A stretch of DNA of 64,000 nucleotides from Escherichia coli (GCF_044324785.1 NZ_CP172127.1); one strand, 5' to 3'; counted from the stretch's first letter, positions 1-11,800 are shown. Numbers and translations are program-made. Notes: generated from the sequence alone by a model not told the origin.

Positions 1-246
1 GATGTTCATGAGGGGATAAAATCATACCAAATAAATGAAAATACAACTATTAAGATTTAGGCCATTACGTGAAGATATAATTTACACTCCCCAAGTTAAT
101 ACATATAAGTAATTATATTAATAAATATTTATAAAAGGCATCTAAAGAATAGATGCTTAGAGCCACTTAAACTGCTGTATTGTCTAAATGTAAGAAATAA
201 CGAAATGGGTTTTTGGTGATTACTGTACTCAAAAGGAGTCAAGAAT

Positions 247-3200
247 ATGAAATCAATATTGTATTATTTAGAGCCACGTACAGAATTAAATGACAAATTA
301 TTTCGCTATGCAACACTACGCTCTTATCTACTACCTGAAATTGATGGCCTTAGGATAGCTGATAAGAGCCTCGATTTTAAAATGATCGTTTCTCGTACGA
401 TTTATAATAAAGCAAAACAAAATAATTTAAAAATGGAGGGTATCGATTTTATAATTATTGATGAAGATGTATTTGAAAAGAACTCATATCTGAAGAATAT
501 TAATGTTAGTAATGAATTATATCATGGGAATTTAAATATAAAGGCTAATGAAGAACTAAAATCAATCATATCTGCTTGCCTTCCTGTTGATTATAAACCA
601 GATATTATTATTTCATATGAAAGCCCAGCTCCATTTTTTAAAGAGATATTTCCATCATCTTTACTTTTAAACGCTATGTTTGGAATTTTTTCAAGGGCAC
701 CATTTCCTGCATATGGGTTATTAGACCCATGTGGTTTGTATGAATATTCATATCAATATAAATATGCTGATAAAATTCGTGCTGAGGAGATTTCAGAAGA
801 AGAAAAGGAAGTTATAAAATTACTCAGAAGACAAAGTTCAAGAGCACTTGCTGCTTATCATCCTCTCAAGAAATATATTTCATCATTATATGAAAAATAT
901 GATCGACTTGTTGTATTAGCATGTCAAGTGGATAACTATTTTTCTTATAATAGTTGTACCAATTATCCATCACAATATGCGATGGTGGAAGATGTTCTTT
1001 CTCAAGTTCCATCAAATATTGGTGTTATAGTTACAGAACATGGCTATAAAAGACAAATAAGTGACGAGCAAATTGAGTCTTTAAATGAAAAATACAGTAA
1101 TTTTATATATTTTTCTAAAAAAGATGTATTCACACCAAGTCAATTTATTCTTCCTTATGTAGATGGTGCTTTATCAGTCTCGTCATCGATTGGTTATCAG
1201 GCTGCTTTATGGCAGATTCCATATTTTGGTCTTGGAAAATCACAAGTCGATGTACTCTGTTCAAATACATCATTAATGAGCTTCGTTAATGATGTTGAAA
1301 AAGGCATAAAGATTGATCGTGATAATATTCTTTATGTTTTACTTTCAAAAGTTCACTTATCACATAAAAATGATTTGTTTAATGGAAAATCTTATCTAAA
1401 TAAGTTGAAGGATTTATTTAATAAGTTTACCTCTAATTGCGACGAATATGAGTATTTTAACACTAAAAAAAGTATTGATGAAGTTCGAAAAGATATCATC
1501 TGTGGCAACAGAGAATGGTTACTTAAAAAAAACTTTATTGACTCAAAATTAGTTCCTGAAGTAGACCATTTACGTGTTGCAATGTCGCATTCAAAAGCGA
1601 TCTCTTATGATCTTTTTGATACTCTTGTTGAACGTGATTTTGTTGAACCTCATGAATTATTTAATCTAATTGAATCCCGTGTACGTAATGAGTTAAACAA
1701 TAAAAACTTCCCTTTCTATTATGTAAGACGACAAGCCGAAATTGACTTGCGCAGAGAGACAAGAGGTGAGTTTGAAATTACTCTCGATGAAATTTACGAA
1801 AGATTTCCAAGATACTTTGATCTTACTTTAGAACAACTAGAGAAGATAAAAAATATAGAAATAGATGCTGAAGTCGAACTCGTTCATCCGAAAAAAGAAA
1901 TGGTTCGTGAATTTTATTTTTCTCAAATGATTTGTGAAAGTGTATCTATCATTACAGATATTTATCTTTCTCAGAATGTTATTGAGCGTATTTTACAAAA
2001 AGTAAAAATTAGTGGTTACAATAAATTATTGGTTTCAGCAGAAACTAAAACAAGAAAACATAACGGAACTATTTATCCTGAATATTTGAAATATATAAGA
2101 GATAATTTTGATATTAATGCAGGACAGGCTCTTCATGTCGGTGATAATAAACAAGCTGATGGTGATATGGCTAAAAAACATGGCATAAAAACATATGTAT
2201 TTCAAAAAGCGATTGATAATTACAAAAAATCTTTAATTGCTGATATTTTACGTTCCAGTATTAATCATCCAGGTATTTCGAGTTCTGTTATTAATGGTTT
2301 GTTTGCTAACAAATATCACGCAGGACACTGGTTTAAAATTAACAAGGAATCAATTTTTAATGCTGACGAATATAATTATGGCTATATGGCAATAGGGCCT
2401 CTTGTTGTTGGCTTTACTCAGTGGTTGTATCGGCGGGTTAATAAATTAGGTATCAAAAAATTATATTTCTTATCCCGCGATGGATGGATTCTTAAAAAAA
2501 CATTCGATTATTTTTATCCTGAATCATCATCTGGCATCAAGACCGAATACCTGTACAGCTCTCGTCGAACTGCAATGGTAGCATCGTTAAGAAATATTGA
2601 TGATATTATTGAAGTTGCCTCTCAAAACTTCAATGCTAGAAAGCTAAGTGACTTTTTATCTACTCGTTTTGGGCTGGATGTGGATACTGTTAAAAAATCT
2701 GTTCTTGAAAAATATAATTACAAGCATGACACTATTGTTTCTCCTTATTTTGAATTTGGAAAGCTGATTGGTTTTTTAAAAGATATTCATCATACAATAT
2801 TGTCTAATGCAAAAAATGAACGTGAAAGCTATATCGATTATTTACGAGAAACTGGATTTGAAAATGATTGCTTAAATGGCGGTGCTACTGTTGTTGATAT
2901 TGGTTACAGTGGTTCCATGCAATATTATTTAAAAAAAATACTGCAATGCCCTTGTGTGAACGGATTTTATTTTTTAACACATCACCATAGTCGTGATTAT
3001 TTTTCAAATGATCATTTTGAAGGTTTCTTGCAAAATCTTGATGATCATAAGATCGCTTATAGACATGGATTAAATGATCATGTGTTTATTTTTGAAGCAG
3101 CATTAAGTTCCCCTGAAGGAAGTCTGATTAAAATGGAAGGGAAAGGTCAAGAAAGAGAAATGATTTTTCTCGAGGCAGAAGAAGAGATTGTAAGAAAAAA

Positions 3201-3756
3201 TGCTCTATTAGGAACACATCGTGGCGTAATGGACTTTGTTCATGATATCAAAACTCGTTTTGGTTCTTACTTTAAATACATTGAATTTTCTCCTATTCTT
3301 TCTTCTCAACTTATTTTGAATTTTGCGAATAATCCCAACGGTATAGATGCAGGGATGTTTGCTTCTCATGAAGTCGAAAATGTTTTTGGTGGGGGGTCTG
3401 TATGCTTAATTTCGCCTTTACTAGATTGCTATAAGGACTCTAATGGCACCATTAACCCTAAAATTATCGATGAGTTATTAAAAGCATCTAAATGGAAGAG
3501 AGGTGCCAGTGCTTATTATAACTTAGTCAATGGAACTCAACCGCGAGTTAATCCTGCTAAAATGCCAGCGCCATCTGTTAACCCAGTTGTTGTGAAGCAA
3601 ACGCCACAAACTACTTATGCACATCCTTTAAAGACAACTACGCAGCGTAAACTTGCTAAGTTAAAAAAAGACCCATATTTATTCTTTAATGATTCCCAAA
3701 AACCTCTTTTAAAAAGTTTACGATTGTTCTTCAAAAATACATCAAAGCTTAATTAA
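247..3756 (+). CDS. capsule region 2 (serotype-specific) large multidomain protein; candidate capsule polymerase/transferase with internal HAD-like motif
   Basis: 1169-aa ORF, ATG preceded by AAAGGAG; very AT-rich compared with kps region 1; HAD motif-I-like DLFDTLVERDF in mid-protein; sits between kpsS and the off-window region 3. Confidence 0.6.
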   Translation: MKSILYYLEPRTELNDKLFRYATLRSYLLPEIDGLRIADKSLDFKMIVSRTIYNKAKQNNLKMEGIDFIIIDEDVFEKNSYLKNINVSNELYHGNLNIKANEELKSIISACLPVDYKPDIIISYESPAPFFKEIFPSSLLLNAMFGIFSRAPFPAYGLLDPCGLYEYSYQYKYADKIRAEEISEEEKEVIKLLRRQSSRALAAYHPLKKYISSLYEKYDRLVVLACQVDNYFSYNSCTNYPSQYAMVEDVLSQVPSNIGVIVTEHGYKRQISDEQIESLNEKYSNFIYFSKKDVFTPSQFILPYVDGALSVSSSIGYQAALWQIPYFGLGKSQVDVLCSNTSLMSFVNDVEKGIKIDRDNILYVLLSKVHLSHKNDLFNGKSYLNKLKDLFNKFTSNCDEYEYFNTKKSIDEVRKDIICGNREWLLKKNFIDSKLVPEVDHLRVAMSHSKAISYDLFDTLVERDFVEPHELFNLIESRVRNELNNKNFPFYYVRRQAEIDLRRETRGEFEITLDEIYERFPRYFDLTLEQLEKIKNIEIDAEVELVHPKKEMVREFYFSQMICESVSIITDIYLSQNVIERILQKVKISGYNKLLVSAETKTRKHNGTIYPEYLKYIRDNFDINAGQALHVGDNKQADGDMAKKHGIKTYVFQKAIDNYKKSLIADILRSSINHPGISSSVINGLFANKYHAGHWFKINKESIFNADEYNYGYMAIGPLVVGFTQWLYRRVNKLGIKKLYFLSRDGWILKKTFDYFYPESSSGIKTEYLYSSRRTAMVASLRNIDDIIEVASQNFNARKLSDFLSTRFGLDVDTVKKSVLEKYNYKHDTIVSPYFEFGKLIGFLKDIHHTILSNAKNERESYIDYLRETGFENDCLNGGATVVDIGYSGSMQYYLKKILQCPCVNGFYFLTHHHSRDYFSNDHFEGFLQNLDDHKIAYRHGLNDHVFIFEAALSSPEGSLIKMEGKGQEREMIFLEAEEEIVRKNALLGTHRGVMDFVHDIKTRFGSYFKYIEFSPILSSQLILNFANNPNGIDAGMFASHEVENVFGGGSVCLISPLLDCYKDSNGTINPKIIDELLKASKWKRGASAYYNLVNGTQPRVNPAKMPAPSVNPVVVKQTPQTTYAHPLKTTTQRKLAKLKKDPYLFFNDSQKPLLKSLRLFFKNTSKLN

Positions 3757-3764
3757 TATAATGT

Positions 3765-3792
3765 GAGTCGCACTATGGTGTGACTCTTTTTT
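3765..3792 (+). terminator. putative rho-independent terminator between the two region 2 genes
   Basis: GAGTCGCAC-TATG-GTGTGACTC stem-loop followed by TTTTTT. Confidence 0.35.
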
Positions 3793-3874
3793 ATATGTCA
3801 GTGATAGTTATTAATGAAATATTTAATGCGCGAAGGTGTACGATTTTTACAATATTTAGAGACTGGTGGGTCAA

Positions 3875-4885
3875 ATGAGTATTTCTTTGAAAAATATTGA
3901 TTTTGCTAAAGGTCCTGTTGATTCCCTCCATCATGATTATTACTTATGGCGAGGGAAGAACATTGAGGATAAAAGACTTTTTCTCGTTTTCTCATCTCGG
4001 GGAGCAGGTCCTGGAGAATTTAGTTTTTTCAAAACTTTTGATGCGCTTAATGTAAATGTTTTGCATGTTACACCCTCTGATTTTTCATGGTACCAAAAAG
4101 GGTTAGTCGGTTTAGGGAGTGATTTGCCTTCTGCATTTAAAGCCCTATCTGACCGAATAGATAATTTCTGTATTTATCATAAAATAAAACAAATTATCTG
4201 TGTAGGGGCTTCCATGGGAGGATATGGTGCTTTAATTTATGGGGCTTTATCTAGTAGAAAAATAAAAACAACACTTATTCTTTTTGGCACCGAAACAATA
4301 TTAAAACTTCCTTATTCTAAAAGTTCTGAGAGTGAATTTGATATTCTCAAAAAATTTAAAGATGTAAGGTTTCTAGATTATTCTGATCTTGATGTGAATA
4401 TGATATTTGGTGAGTTTGATATTGTAGATACTTATTGTGCTTTATCGATGCGACATGATCGAAATTTTTCATTTTTTTCATGCACTAGCGCCTCACATGT
4501 TGTTCCGGAATACTTAAATAGACAAATTGGAATTGTTAATTTTTTTACAGACTTCTTATCGGGTGGAAGATCTTTTATTGGAAGAGGCCACATTGCTTCT
4601 GAGCTTTATCCTGAGGATATTTCTCCTCTTCTGTTCTCGAAACAATTTACTGAGGAATACAATAATGCCCTCCTCTGTTGCTTGAAAAAATATCCTTCAT
4701 TTGGGTTTGCATGGAATAGATTAGGCGTATATTTACACAATATAGGAGATCTGGCTGGGTCTTTAGCAGCATTAAAAAGAGCATTTTTCATCAACCCTGA
4801 TTATCCAAATACAATTGAGCATCTTAACTCGGTAAGAAATAAACTAAAAACTTTTAGTTTTTATGTATACTTGTGTGAGGAATGA
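3875..4885 (+). CDS. capsule region 2 protein, alpha/beta-hydrolase-like (GxSxG)
   Basis: ORF 3866-4885 starts at GTG; in-frame ATG at 3875 after GGTGGG; GASMGG nucleophile-elbow-like motif; low GC. Confidence 0.5.
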   Translation: MSISLKNIDFAKGPVDSLHHDYYLWRGKNIEDKRLFLVFSSRGAGPGEFSFFKTFDALNVNVLHVTPSDFSWYQKGLVGLGSDLPSAFKALSDRIDNFCIYHKIKQIICVGASMGGYGALIYGALSSRKIKTTLILFGTETILKLPYSKSSESEFDILKKFKDVRFLDYSDLDVNMIFGEFDIVDTYCALSMRHDRNFSFFSCTSASHVVPEYLNRQIGIVNFFTDFLSGGRSFIGRGHIASELYPEDISPLLFSKQFTEEYNNALLCCLKKYPSFGFAWNRLGVYLHNIGDLAGSLAALKRAFFINPDYPNTIEHLNSVRNKLKTFSFYVYLCEE

Positions 4886-4934
4886 ATAGCAATATATCTC
4901 AATATCTAAGAGCTGGTTTTTATATCGTTCATAG

Positions 4935-6143
4935 TTATAATTTTTTTACTTTTATTTGTTTTCTTACTCTATCCCCATAATAAACCCCATTAACCTGCGT
5001 CTTCACCAATAAATACCCCCGAAACTTCTTAAACAGTTTCATATCCGGTTTAAAATCGGCCTGCCAGAACTGGTGCAAATGCCCTTGATACGTCAAGCCT
5101 TTGATGTCGTACAGGGCATTGCCCATCACTTTGAGTGGTTTGTTGTGAATCAGCGCAGATATCCCCGCCGTACTGTTAATTGTCACCACCGCTTTTGCGT
5201 GGCGTAACAATTCCGGCATCGGGAGATCGTGCACATAAATGACTCGTTCCCCTAAGCCATATTCCTTACTCAACCGCTTAATTAATGGTCGATAGAGTCT
5301 GTGACCACGATCCATTGGATGGTGCTTGATCACCAAATAACTTTCTTTCGGTGCTTTACGTGAAAATGAGTACATGACTTCATTAATATAGTCACGCACA
5401 TCGTTATAATTGCTGTGGTTACGAATCTGGCTATCGTTATACACCTGCAAAACGGCAAGATAATAACGCTGATCCAGCTCATTCATTAACCTCGGCAATA
5501 CCTTACGCTGTGTTACCTTGTAAAGTTGCTTGCGCCAGTATGCACGAACCCAGCAACGTGCTTCATACCAGGGGGAAAACGATTTATGGTGGCGGTAGCG
5601 AGGGAACTCATGGCGGTAATGCCAGCCCATCAGGTAATACCACATCGCATGACCTATACGTTTCATCGTTGAAGGTTTTAAGTTCTCAACGTGCGGCGCA
5701 GGCATATCTGGTAACTTACGATAAAAATCCGGATCGCGCGGTAGCGATGAATATGCGTTTACTCCGCCTTCTTCAACGGTTATAAATTGCGGGCGTAAAT
5801 ATCCTTCTTCAAATGCCAGAAAGCGGAGCCCTTTCGACTTTGCCCAGCGTTTTGCTTCTTTATGCAATGGGCGACAGTCACCAAAACAGAGGATGGTATC
5901 AAAGTCATATTGCCGGTGGAGATCCCGTAACCATCCGGGGAACTCTTTCGGCGTTTGGTAGTAGGCCAGGTATTGTCGATGGCGGCAGTAAAAACGATCC
6001 CCACCGTTGAATACAACATTCACAGCGTTACGTCCTAATGACTCTAACCATTCGGCGACGTCATTGAAAAAAGGTCCCATCGGCCCCTGCAATAGCAGAT
6101 ATTTTTTACCGGATAATAAAACGGTTAGTGCATTACCTTGCAT
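4935..6143 (-). CDS. kpsS: capsule export/poly-Kdo linker transferase KpsS
   Basis: 402-aa protein recognised as KpsS (MQGNALTVLLSGKKYLLLQGPMGPFF...); last gene of region 1 order F-E-D-U-C-S. Confidence 0.85.
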   Translation of the reverse strand: MQGNALTVLLSGKKYLLLQGPMGPFFNDVAEWLESLGRNAVNVVFNGGDRFYCRHRQYLAYYQTPKEFPGWLRDLHRQYDFDTILCFGDCRPLHKEAKRWAKSKGLRFLAFEEGYLRPQFITVEEGGVNAYSSLPRDPDFYRKLPDMPAPHVENLKPSTMKRIGHAMWYYLMGWHYRHEFPRYRHHKSFSPWYEARCWVRAYWRKQLYKVTQRKVLPRLMNELDQRYYLAVLQVYNDSQIRNHSNYNDVRDYINEVMYSFSRKAPKESYLVIKHHPMDRGHRLYRPLIKRLSKEYGLGERVIYVHDLPMPELLRHAKAVVTINSTAGISALIHNKPLKVMGNALYDIKGLTYQGHLHQFWQADFKPDMKLFKKFRGYLLVKTQVNGVYYGDRVRKQIKVKKL

Positions 6144-6177
6144 AAATAATTTGCGTAATAGTCAACTATGAAATTGT

Positions 6178-8205
6178 TTAGCCAAATCTGACCTTGCAGA
6201 ACATAATTAATTTGCGGTAATAGCGTATTACCCGTCCCGCTTTTTTTCGGGTAATAAACATCGGCTTACGCGGCGTCTGGATTAAATATTCCGCAGCTTC
6301 CTCAACCGTAATAGGCTGTAGCCGTGTTGGGTGAATATATGTTGGGTAAACAATCAACGCCTGATAGATCAAGTCTGCTATCGTTAATTTTTGCTCGCGG
6401 CGCGGGCAATGATGTTCATCAACGGTTAAACCCCAACCGGCATAGAAGGGCAGGCCGTAACAATGAACTTGCTTGCCATGTAATAACGCTTCAAACCCGG
6501 ACAATGATGTCATGGTGTGCACTTCATCTGCGCGCTGAATGCATTGAATAATATCGGCGCCCAGTGCCTGATAATCAGCGAGTTCAGCAGTCAGTTCTGC
6601 CGGAATATCGCCCTTGCGATTCCCCACCAGTACATCCGGGTGCGGTTTATAAACAATGTAGGCGTGCGGATTGCGCTCGCGTACTGTGCGTAATAACTCA
6701 AGGTTGCTCTTAATCGAGACAGTGCCTGTTTTAATGGAGGCATCGTCCTCTACCTGACCCGGCACCAGGATAACTTTTTTATCTTTGGCTTCGGCTGGTA
6801 GAGAGAAATCGGCTCCCAGGTTGTACTTACTCAGTTTGCTTTCAACCAGTCGCTGGCGTAATTTTTCAGCTCGCATCTTCTGCGCCAGCGTTAGCTGGCT
6901 ATGATTCAGCAGCACTTCCAGATCGCTGGGGCGTGTGGCGTCATAGTAAATACCGCGTTTATCCAGCACCAGCGATAGCGGCGGCAGCAGGTCAGAGCCA
7001 AGTCCGGATGAACGCAGAAAACCATCTTCCATTCGCCATAACGGCAGTGATTTTCGCTGCGCTTCGGCTCGCCATTGCTGTTCTCCCTTTACACCCCATA
7101 CCACGCAGGCGCTCGCCGCAGTACAGCGACGTGAAAAACTCAGCCGGTTTGTTGCCGTTTGCAAGAAAGGTTTCAGGATCGCTGACTTCCACAGCGTTAA
7201 GCCTGGCGCCCATAAATAACCATCACGCTGTTGCAGATGTCGACGTTGTAATTGCAGCCATTGCAGCACGGTAAATAGATCGCTTACTTCTCCCGTTTGC
7301 GGATCGATATAGCGACAGTAACGCAGGTATGCAGCGGCAAAAAGTTCCTCCAGCGTGGCAGAACCGCGTCGGGCAGATAACAAAGCGGACTGTGGATGAC
7401 GATCGTCGGTTAAACCCCAACCTGCATACCAAGGCTGGCCGAAACATGTTACTGGTTTTCCTGCCAGCAAGGCTTCAAAGCCGTACTGGGAGGTCACGAC
7501 GTAAACCTGGGAAACGTGTCGCAATAGCGACTGCGGGCTGACATTCTCGGCAATCAAACGTACTCGTTGCGTGGCACGCAGATCAGCGAAATAACCTGTT
7601 TTCTTTCCTTCCAGTACATCTGGGTGCACCTTCACCCAAATTTCGGCTTGAGGATTTTCCGCCATCGCGGCTTCCAGCATGGCAGCAAACTCATGCGGGC
7701 CAGCATTGCCATACGTCACTGACATATCATTAAATGTCTGATCGACAACCAGAACGATGTCTGCACGTTCTGACTCATCAGCCACAAACGCAGGTGCCAG
7801 GTTATATTTCGACAAATCTCCGGTCACGATGGTGTGCATCGCTTCTCTGGCCTGGCTTATCAGAGCTGTATTTCCGGCTTTATCCTGTACCAGTTTCTCC
7901 AGTGCTGAAGGCTTGCTGGCATCGTAGTAAATGCCACAATCATCCACCACCAGAGAAAGCGGCGGCTCGCCATTGACGCCAAGATCCAGCGAACGCACAA
8001 ATCCATCTTCCAGACGAATGACGGGTTTTCCCGCTGCTTTGGCGATGGCGACTGGTTTCGCCGCGCTGGGACGATGTCCCCACACGGCGATAGCATCAAC
8101 TTCTTGCGGAACAGGGCGCAGCAGAGAAAGTTTCTGGCACGGTTGCGCCAGAAATTTCTCCAGATGCGGAATACGCCAGATGCCAGGCGAGTAAATGCCA
8201 ATCAT
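6178..8205 (-). CDS. kpsC: capsule poly-Kdo linker transferase KpsC
   Basis: 675-aa protein with duplicated KpsC-type halves; 4-bp overlap with kpsU stop (translational coupling). Confidence 0.85.
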   Translation of the reverse strand: MIGIYSPGIWRIPHLEKFLAQPCQKLSLLRPVPQEVDAIAVWGHRPSAAKPVAIAKAAGKPVIRLEDGFVRSLDLGVNGEPPLSLVVDDCGIYYDASKPSALEKLVQDKAGNTALISQAREAMHTIVTGDLSKYNLAPAFVADESERADIVLVVDQTFNDMSVTYGNAGPHEFAAMLEAAMAENPQAEIWVKVHPDVLEGKKTGYFADLRATQRVRLIAENVSPQSLLRHVSQVYVVTSQYGFEALLAGKPVTCFGQPWYAGWGLTDDRHPQSALLSARRGSATLEELFAAAYLRYCRYIDPQTGEVSDLFTVLQWLQLQRRHLQQRDGYLWAPGLTLWKSAILKPFLQTATNRLSFSRRCTAASACVVWGVKGEQQWRAEAQRKSLPLWRMEDGFLRSSGLGSDLLPPLSLVLDKRGIYYDATRPSDLEVLLNHSQLTLAQKMRAEKLRQRLVESKLSKYNLGADFSLPAEAKDKKVILVPGQVEDDASIKTGTVSIKSNLELLRTVRERNPHAYIVYKPHPDVLVGNRKGDIPAELTAELADYQALGADIIQCIQRADEVHTMTSLSGFEALLHGKQVHCYGLPFYAGWGLTVDEHHCPRREQKLTIADLIYQALIVYPTYIHPTRLQPITVEEAAEYLIQTPRKPMFITRKKAGRVIRYYRKLIMFCKVRFG

Positions 8206-8942
8206 GCGTTTTCAGCCAGTTCCTGTGCCATCAGGGCGCGCACTTTTTCCAGGCATGCTGGGGTGTCGACGCCCGGACCGGTTGCGGCAACCTCAAATGT
8301 GCGGATGTTGATCCCTGCGCTCATCAACCGCAGCTGCTCCAGTGATTCTGCCTGCTCTGGCATGGACTCCGGTAACTGACTGTAGTTTTGCAGCACATCG
8401 CGACGATAAGCGTAAATACCAACGTGTTTCAGGTAGCGCGCTTTTTCAGCATTACGCGGATAGGGAATCGGCGAACGGCTGAAATAAAGCGCATCCTGGC
8501 GGGTATTTACCACCACTTTTACCGTGCTTGGCTCGGTCGCTTCTTCGGCAGAAATCGCGTGGCATAGCGTTGCCACTGGCAACGCGGGATCATCACGCAT
8601 TCCTTGTAACAGCGTTTCTACATCCCGCGGGCGAATCATTGGTTCATCGCCCTGCAGGTTAATGTAGATATCTGCCTCGACTTTATGCATCACCTCGACC
8701 AGCCGATCGGTGCCGGATTCATGATCGTTGCGCGTCATGATGGCTTTCCCGCCAAACGCCTGCACGGCCTTTTCAACACGCGGGTCGTCTGTTGCCACCC
8801 AAACTTCCGCAACGCCCGCCACCTGTAACGCACGCTCGTAAACATGCTGGATCATCGGTTTACCAACAATATCGAGCAGTGGCTTACCCGGCAGGCGCGA
8901 GGAGCCATAGCGAGCCGGAATGACAATAACTGCTTTGCTCAT
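8202..8942 (-). CDS. kpsU: CMP-Kdo synthetase KpsU (3-deoxy-manno-octulosonate cytidylyltransferase)
   Basis: 246 aa, N-terminal [16 protein letters not shown] cytidylyltransferase motif. Confidence 0.9.
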   Translation of the reverse strand: MSKAVIVIPARYGSSRLPGKPLLDIVGKPMIQHVYERALQVAGVAEVWVATDDPRVEKAVQAFGGKAIMTRNDHESGTDRLVEVMHKVEADIYINLQGDEPMIRPRDVETLLQGMRDDPALPVATLCHAISAEEATEPSTVKVVVNTRQDALYFSRSPIPYPRNAEKARYLKHVGIYAYRRDVLQNYSQLPESMPEQAESLEQLRLMSAGINIRTFEVAATGPGVDTPACLEKVRALMAQELAENA

Positions 8943-8951
8943 TTCAACTCC

Positions 8952-10631
8952 TTACAAAGACAGAATCACTTTTGCACCCACCGCCAACTGGTAAAGGATG
9001 GTGGAAATACCGCGAGTAACTTCAATGTTTTTCGATTCATATTTCGGCAGAACCATAATCTCATCGCCCGGTTTGAGTGAATCCACATCTTCTGCGTTGA
9101 CGGCTGCACCGTTCTGACGAATGACGATAATTCTGGCGTTACCCGATTTCTGCGTCAGGCCACCACATTTCTCGATGTAATCCTCGGTGGTCATACCCTT
9201 CTGCCAGCTCACCGCGTTCGGGAACAGCACTTCGCCATGAACCATAACCAGCGATGTTTTCTCCGGAATATTGATGACGTCGCCATCTTCAAGCAGAACA
9301 GAATCAATATTGGATTCGTTGAGGATCACTTCACCTTTCGGAACAACGGTGCGTGCTTTCGCCACAAAGCGGCTGATCAGTTGTGCTTCCTGCATTCGCA
9401 GGCTGGCTTCTTCTTTGGTGGATGACTGGGCAGAAAGTGATGCTTCCTCCAGCTTTTGCAGCGAGAGATTCAGCATCTCTTTCTGACGCTGAGCCACTGA
9501 TGGGCGATAAAGCTGAACTGCGTTCATCTGCGACATGCTGTTCGGGCGGACTTTTTCCAGAACCGCACGCATAGTGGAACCATAAGGCAGTACCATGGCA
9601 TGTTCACCGGAGTGTGCGCCTTCAACCCGCACCTGAATGGTGCCGGCATAGCGGTCAGTGCTCACGATTAAGGTATCGCCATTTTGCAACATACGGCCTG
9701 GCGCAGAACTGATCGGATAGTATTCGCTGCGTTTTTGCAGCCCCTGTTTACGCATAATCGTAATGTGAGTCGCGCCAGGCTTAGGGCGCGCCCAGCTCAA
9801 CGCTTCCGTTACGGGAATGCTGCTTTCGCGGAACTCAAAGTCGTAGCTGTTAAAGACATCGCCCTGAACGCTGAAAGTATGCTGACGCGGCCCGACGATG
9901 ATGGTGTCACCATCGGCGAACTGCGAAAGCCCCAGTTTGCCGTTCAGCAGGAAGTCGTACAGGTTGACGTTGGAGCGCACGCGGTTACCGCGCTTGACCA
10001 CAATATCAACGTAACTTCCGCGCTCTGGATCAACGCCGCCAGCCTTGATCAGATAATTGAGTAACGAATCAGACGTCACACCGCCATACAGACCAGGATT
10101 ACGCACAAATCCGGTCACGTACACTTTTACTGGCTGCGCCTGTAATAAGGAGGCGTAGACGTTGACGTTGGACTGGTATACTTCCTTCACTTTGGATGTG
10201 ACCAGGGCATTTAGCTGACTATTACTGACGCCAGCAACTTTCACCGGACCAACGTTCGGCAGGAAAATATTACCTTTGGGATCAACCTGTAACGCACCAT
10301 CAAAGGTGAACGCACCCCACAAGCGAACCTGAATGCTATCACCCGGATTCAGAATATAGTCAGGGTTGAATCCTACCGTCGCACCGCTATCTGCGCTGGT
10401 GCCGTTGAAAAGTTGAGCACCAAACATACGGCTCATTACCACCGGCGGTGCGGGCGGCGGGGTATTGTCGAAGCCGCTCATGTTTTGCGTATCCGACTGT
10501 TGCCCGTTCAGAATACCGGTAAGCGGCGCGGCTCCTGTAAGGTTTGGGTCGGCGTTAATATCAATGGCCGCGCTGGCCTGCGCCGCGTGACAGGCGGCAA
10601 TCAGTAAAATTGATTTAAATAATTTCATCAC
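8952..10631 (-). CDS. kpsD: capsule polysaccharide export protein KpsD
   Basis: 559 aa with N-terminal signal peptide (MMKLFKSILLIAACHAAQASA); conserved position in region 1. Confidence 0.85.
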   Translation of the reverse strand: MMKLFKSILLIAACHAAQASAAIDINADPNLTGAAPLTGILNGQQSDTQNMSGFDNTPPPAPPVVMSRMFGAQLFNGTSADSGATVGFNPDYILNPGDSIQVRLWGAFTFDGALQVDPKGNIFLPNVGPVKVAGVSNSQLNALVTSKVKEVYQSNVNVYASLLQAQPVKVYVTGFVRNPGLYGGVTSDSLLNYLIKAGGVDPERGSYVDIVVKRGNRVRSNVNLYDFLLNGKLGLSQFADGDTIIVGPRQHTFSVQGDVFNSYDFEFRESSIPVTEALSWARPKPGATHITIMRKQGLQKRSEYYPISSAPGRMLQNGDTLIVSTDRYAGTIQVRVEGAHSGEHAMVLPYGSTMRAVLEKVRPNSMSQMNAVQLYRPSVAQRQKEMLNLSLQKLEEASLSAQSSTKEEASLRMQEAQLISRFVAKARTVVPKGEVILNESNIDSVLLEDGDVINIPEKTSLVMVHGEVLFPNAVSWQKGMTTEDYIEKCGGLTQKSGNARIIVIRQNGAAVNAEDVDSLKPGDEIMVLPKYESKNIEVTRGISTILYQLAVGAKVILSL

Positions 10632-10651
10632 AAACTCATTCAGCGACAGCG

Positions 10652-11800
10652 TTAGTCTCGGTGATCTTCAATAACAGCCAGCAACAGTTTCAGGGTGCCG
10701 AATAGCAGGCAGCACACCAGTAACCAGCAGGCGATCAAATAAGGGATATTTGGAAAAGACGATTCCTGCGGCAACTGTGGCGAACTGATCACTGACAGCA
10801 CCTTGAGCTTACGAGCCGCTTCTACACGGGTCTTTTCAATGGAGGTCAGGGTCAGTTTGTACAGCTCGGTGTTGAACTCTACTTTTGATTTGATTTCTTC
10901 AAAATCCACCGCCATACGGTTTAGCTTGTCACCCTGCGGCGCTGTGATTTTGCTTTTTTCTTCGTCAATTTGTGCCTGCAATGACTGAATCGCATTACGC
11001 GCACTCACAACTTGCGGGGCGTCTTCACGCAGATACGTCAGCAAGTTCCGCAGGTCCGCTTCCATCTGGATCTTCTGGCCCATCAGCGTATTGACTAACG
11101 TGCTCGCCGCCTGTGCCTGTGCCTGTGGATCCAGAACGTTGTTGTTGTCCTGATAAGAGAGCAATTCCGCTTTGCTGGCGTCCAGACGCTGGCGTGCCTT
11201 TTCCATCTCCGTTTCTGCAAAGGCAAGCTGGTCACGCGCGATGCGATGTGACATCTCATTGATAAAGCGCTCTGACTCTTTCAGCACGGTCTGGTTAAAC
11301 TTAAGCGCAAACTCCGGGCTAAAGCCCTGCGTCTGAATATTCAGTAATCCGGTTTTATCGTCATACGAGACGTTGATACGGTCCTTGTAGTACTTCAGGA
11401 AGCCTTCTGCAGTTTCATCCTTGCTAAGATGATTAAGAAAATCGAGCCCGCTGTGGCTAAACGCTTCACGAAAATTTAGTTGCTTATCCAGTGCCGCCAG
11501 CATATCCGGCGAGTTGATGTACTCTTTCAGATACAACGCATCTTCTGCGGAACTGGGGTTAGAGGCACCCAGAAGCAGACCAAAATTCAGGCTGCCGCTG
11601 TTTAAATCATCCGAGCGTTTAATGGCGACTTTCGACTCGCTCATATAGCGAGGCTGGCTGAAGATAGCCAGATAGATCAGCAGCACCGCCATCGGTGCCA
11701 GAATGATGATTTTCGCCAGGTGTTTTTGGATATCTGCCAGTGAGATGGCAGACAGACGAGCACGCATCCAGGATACGGCAGACTTCACTTTTATCAACAT
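10652..11800 (-). CDS. kpsE: capsule export inner-membrane protein KpsE
   Basis: 382 aa, N-terminal TM segment, coiled-coil middle, C-terminal TM; position between kpsF and kpsD. Confidence 0.85.
   Translation of the reverse strand: MLIKVKSAVSWMRARLSAISLADIQKHLAKIIILAPMAVLLIYLAIFSQPRYMSESKVAIKRSDDLNSGSLNFGLLLGASNPSSAEDALYLKEYINSPDMLAALDKQLNFREAFSHSGLDFLNHLSKDETAEGFLKYYKDRINVSYDDKTGLLNIQTQGFSPEFALKFNQTVLKESERFINEMSHRIARDQLAFAETEMEKARQRLDASKAELLSYQDNNNVLDPQAQAQAASTLVNTLMGQKIQMEADLRNLLTYLREDAPQVVSARNAIQSLQAQIDEEKSKITAPQGDKLNRMAVDFEEIKSKVEFNTELYKLTLTSIEKTRVEAARKLKVLSVISSPQLPQESSFPNIPYLIACWLLVCCLLFGTLKLLLAVIEDHRD

Noticed and set aside
5510-10607. Numerous 60-130-aa ORFs on the plus strand inside kpsS, kpsC, kpsU and kpsD
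   Set aside because: Embedded in or antisense to recognised kps genes; typical spurious ORFs.
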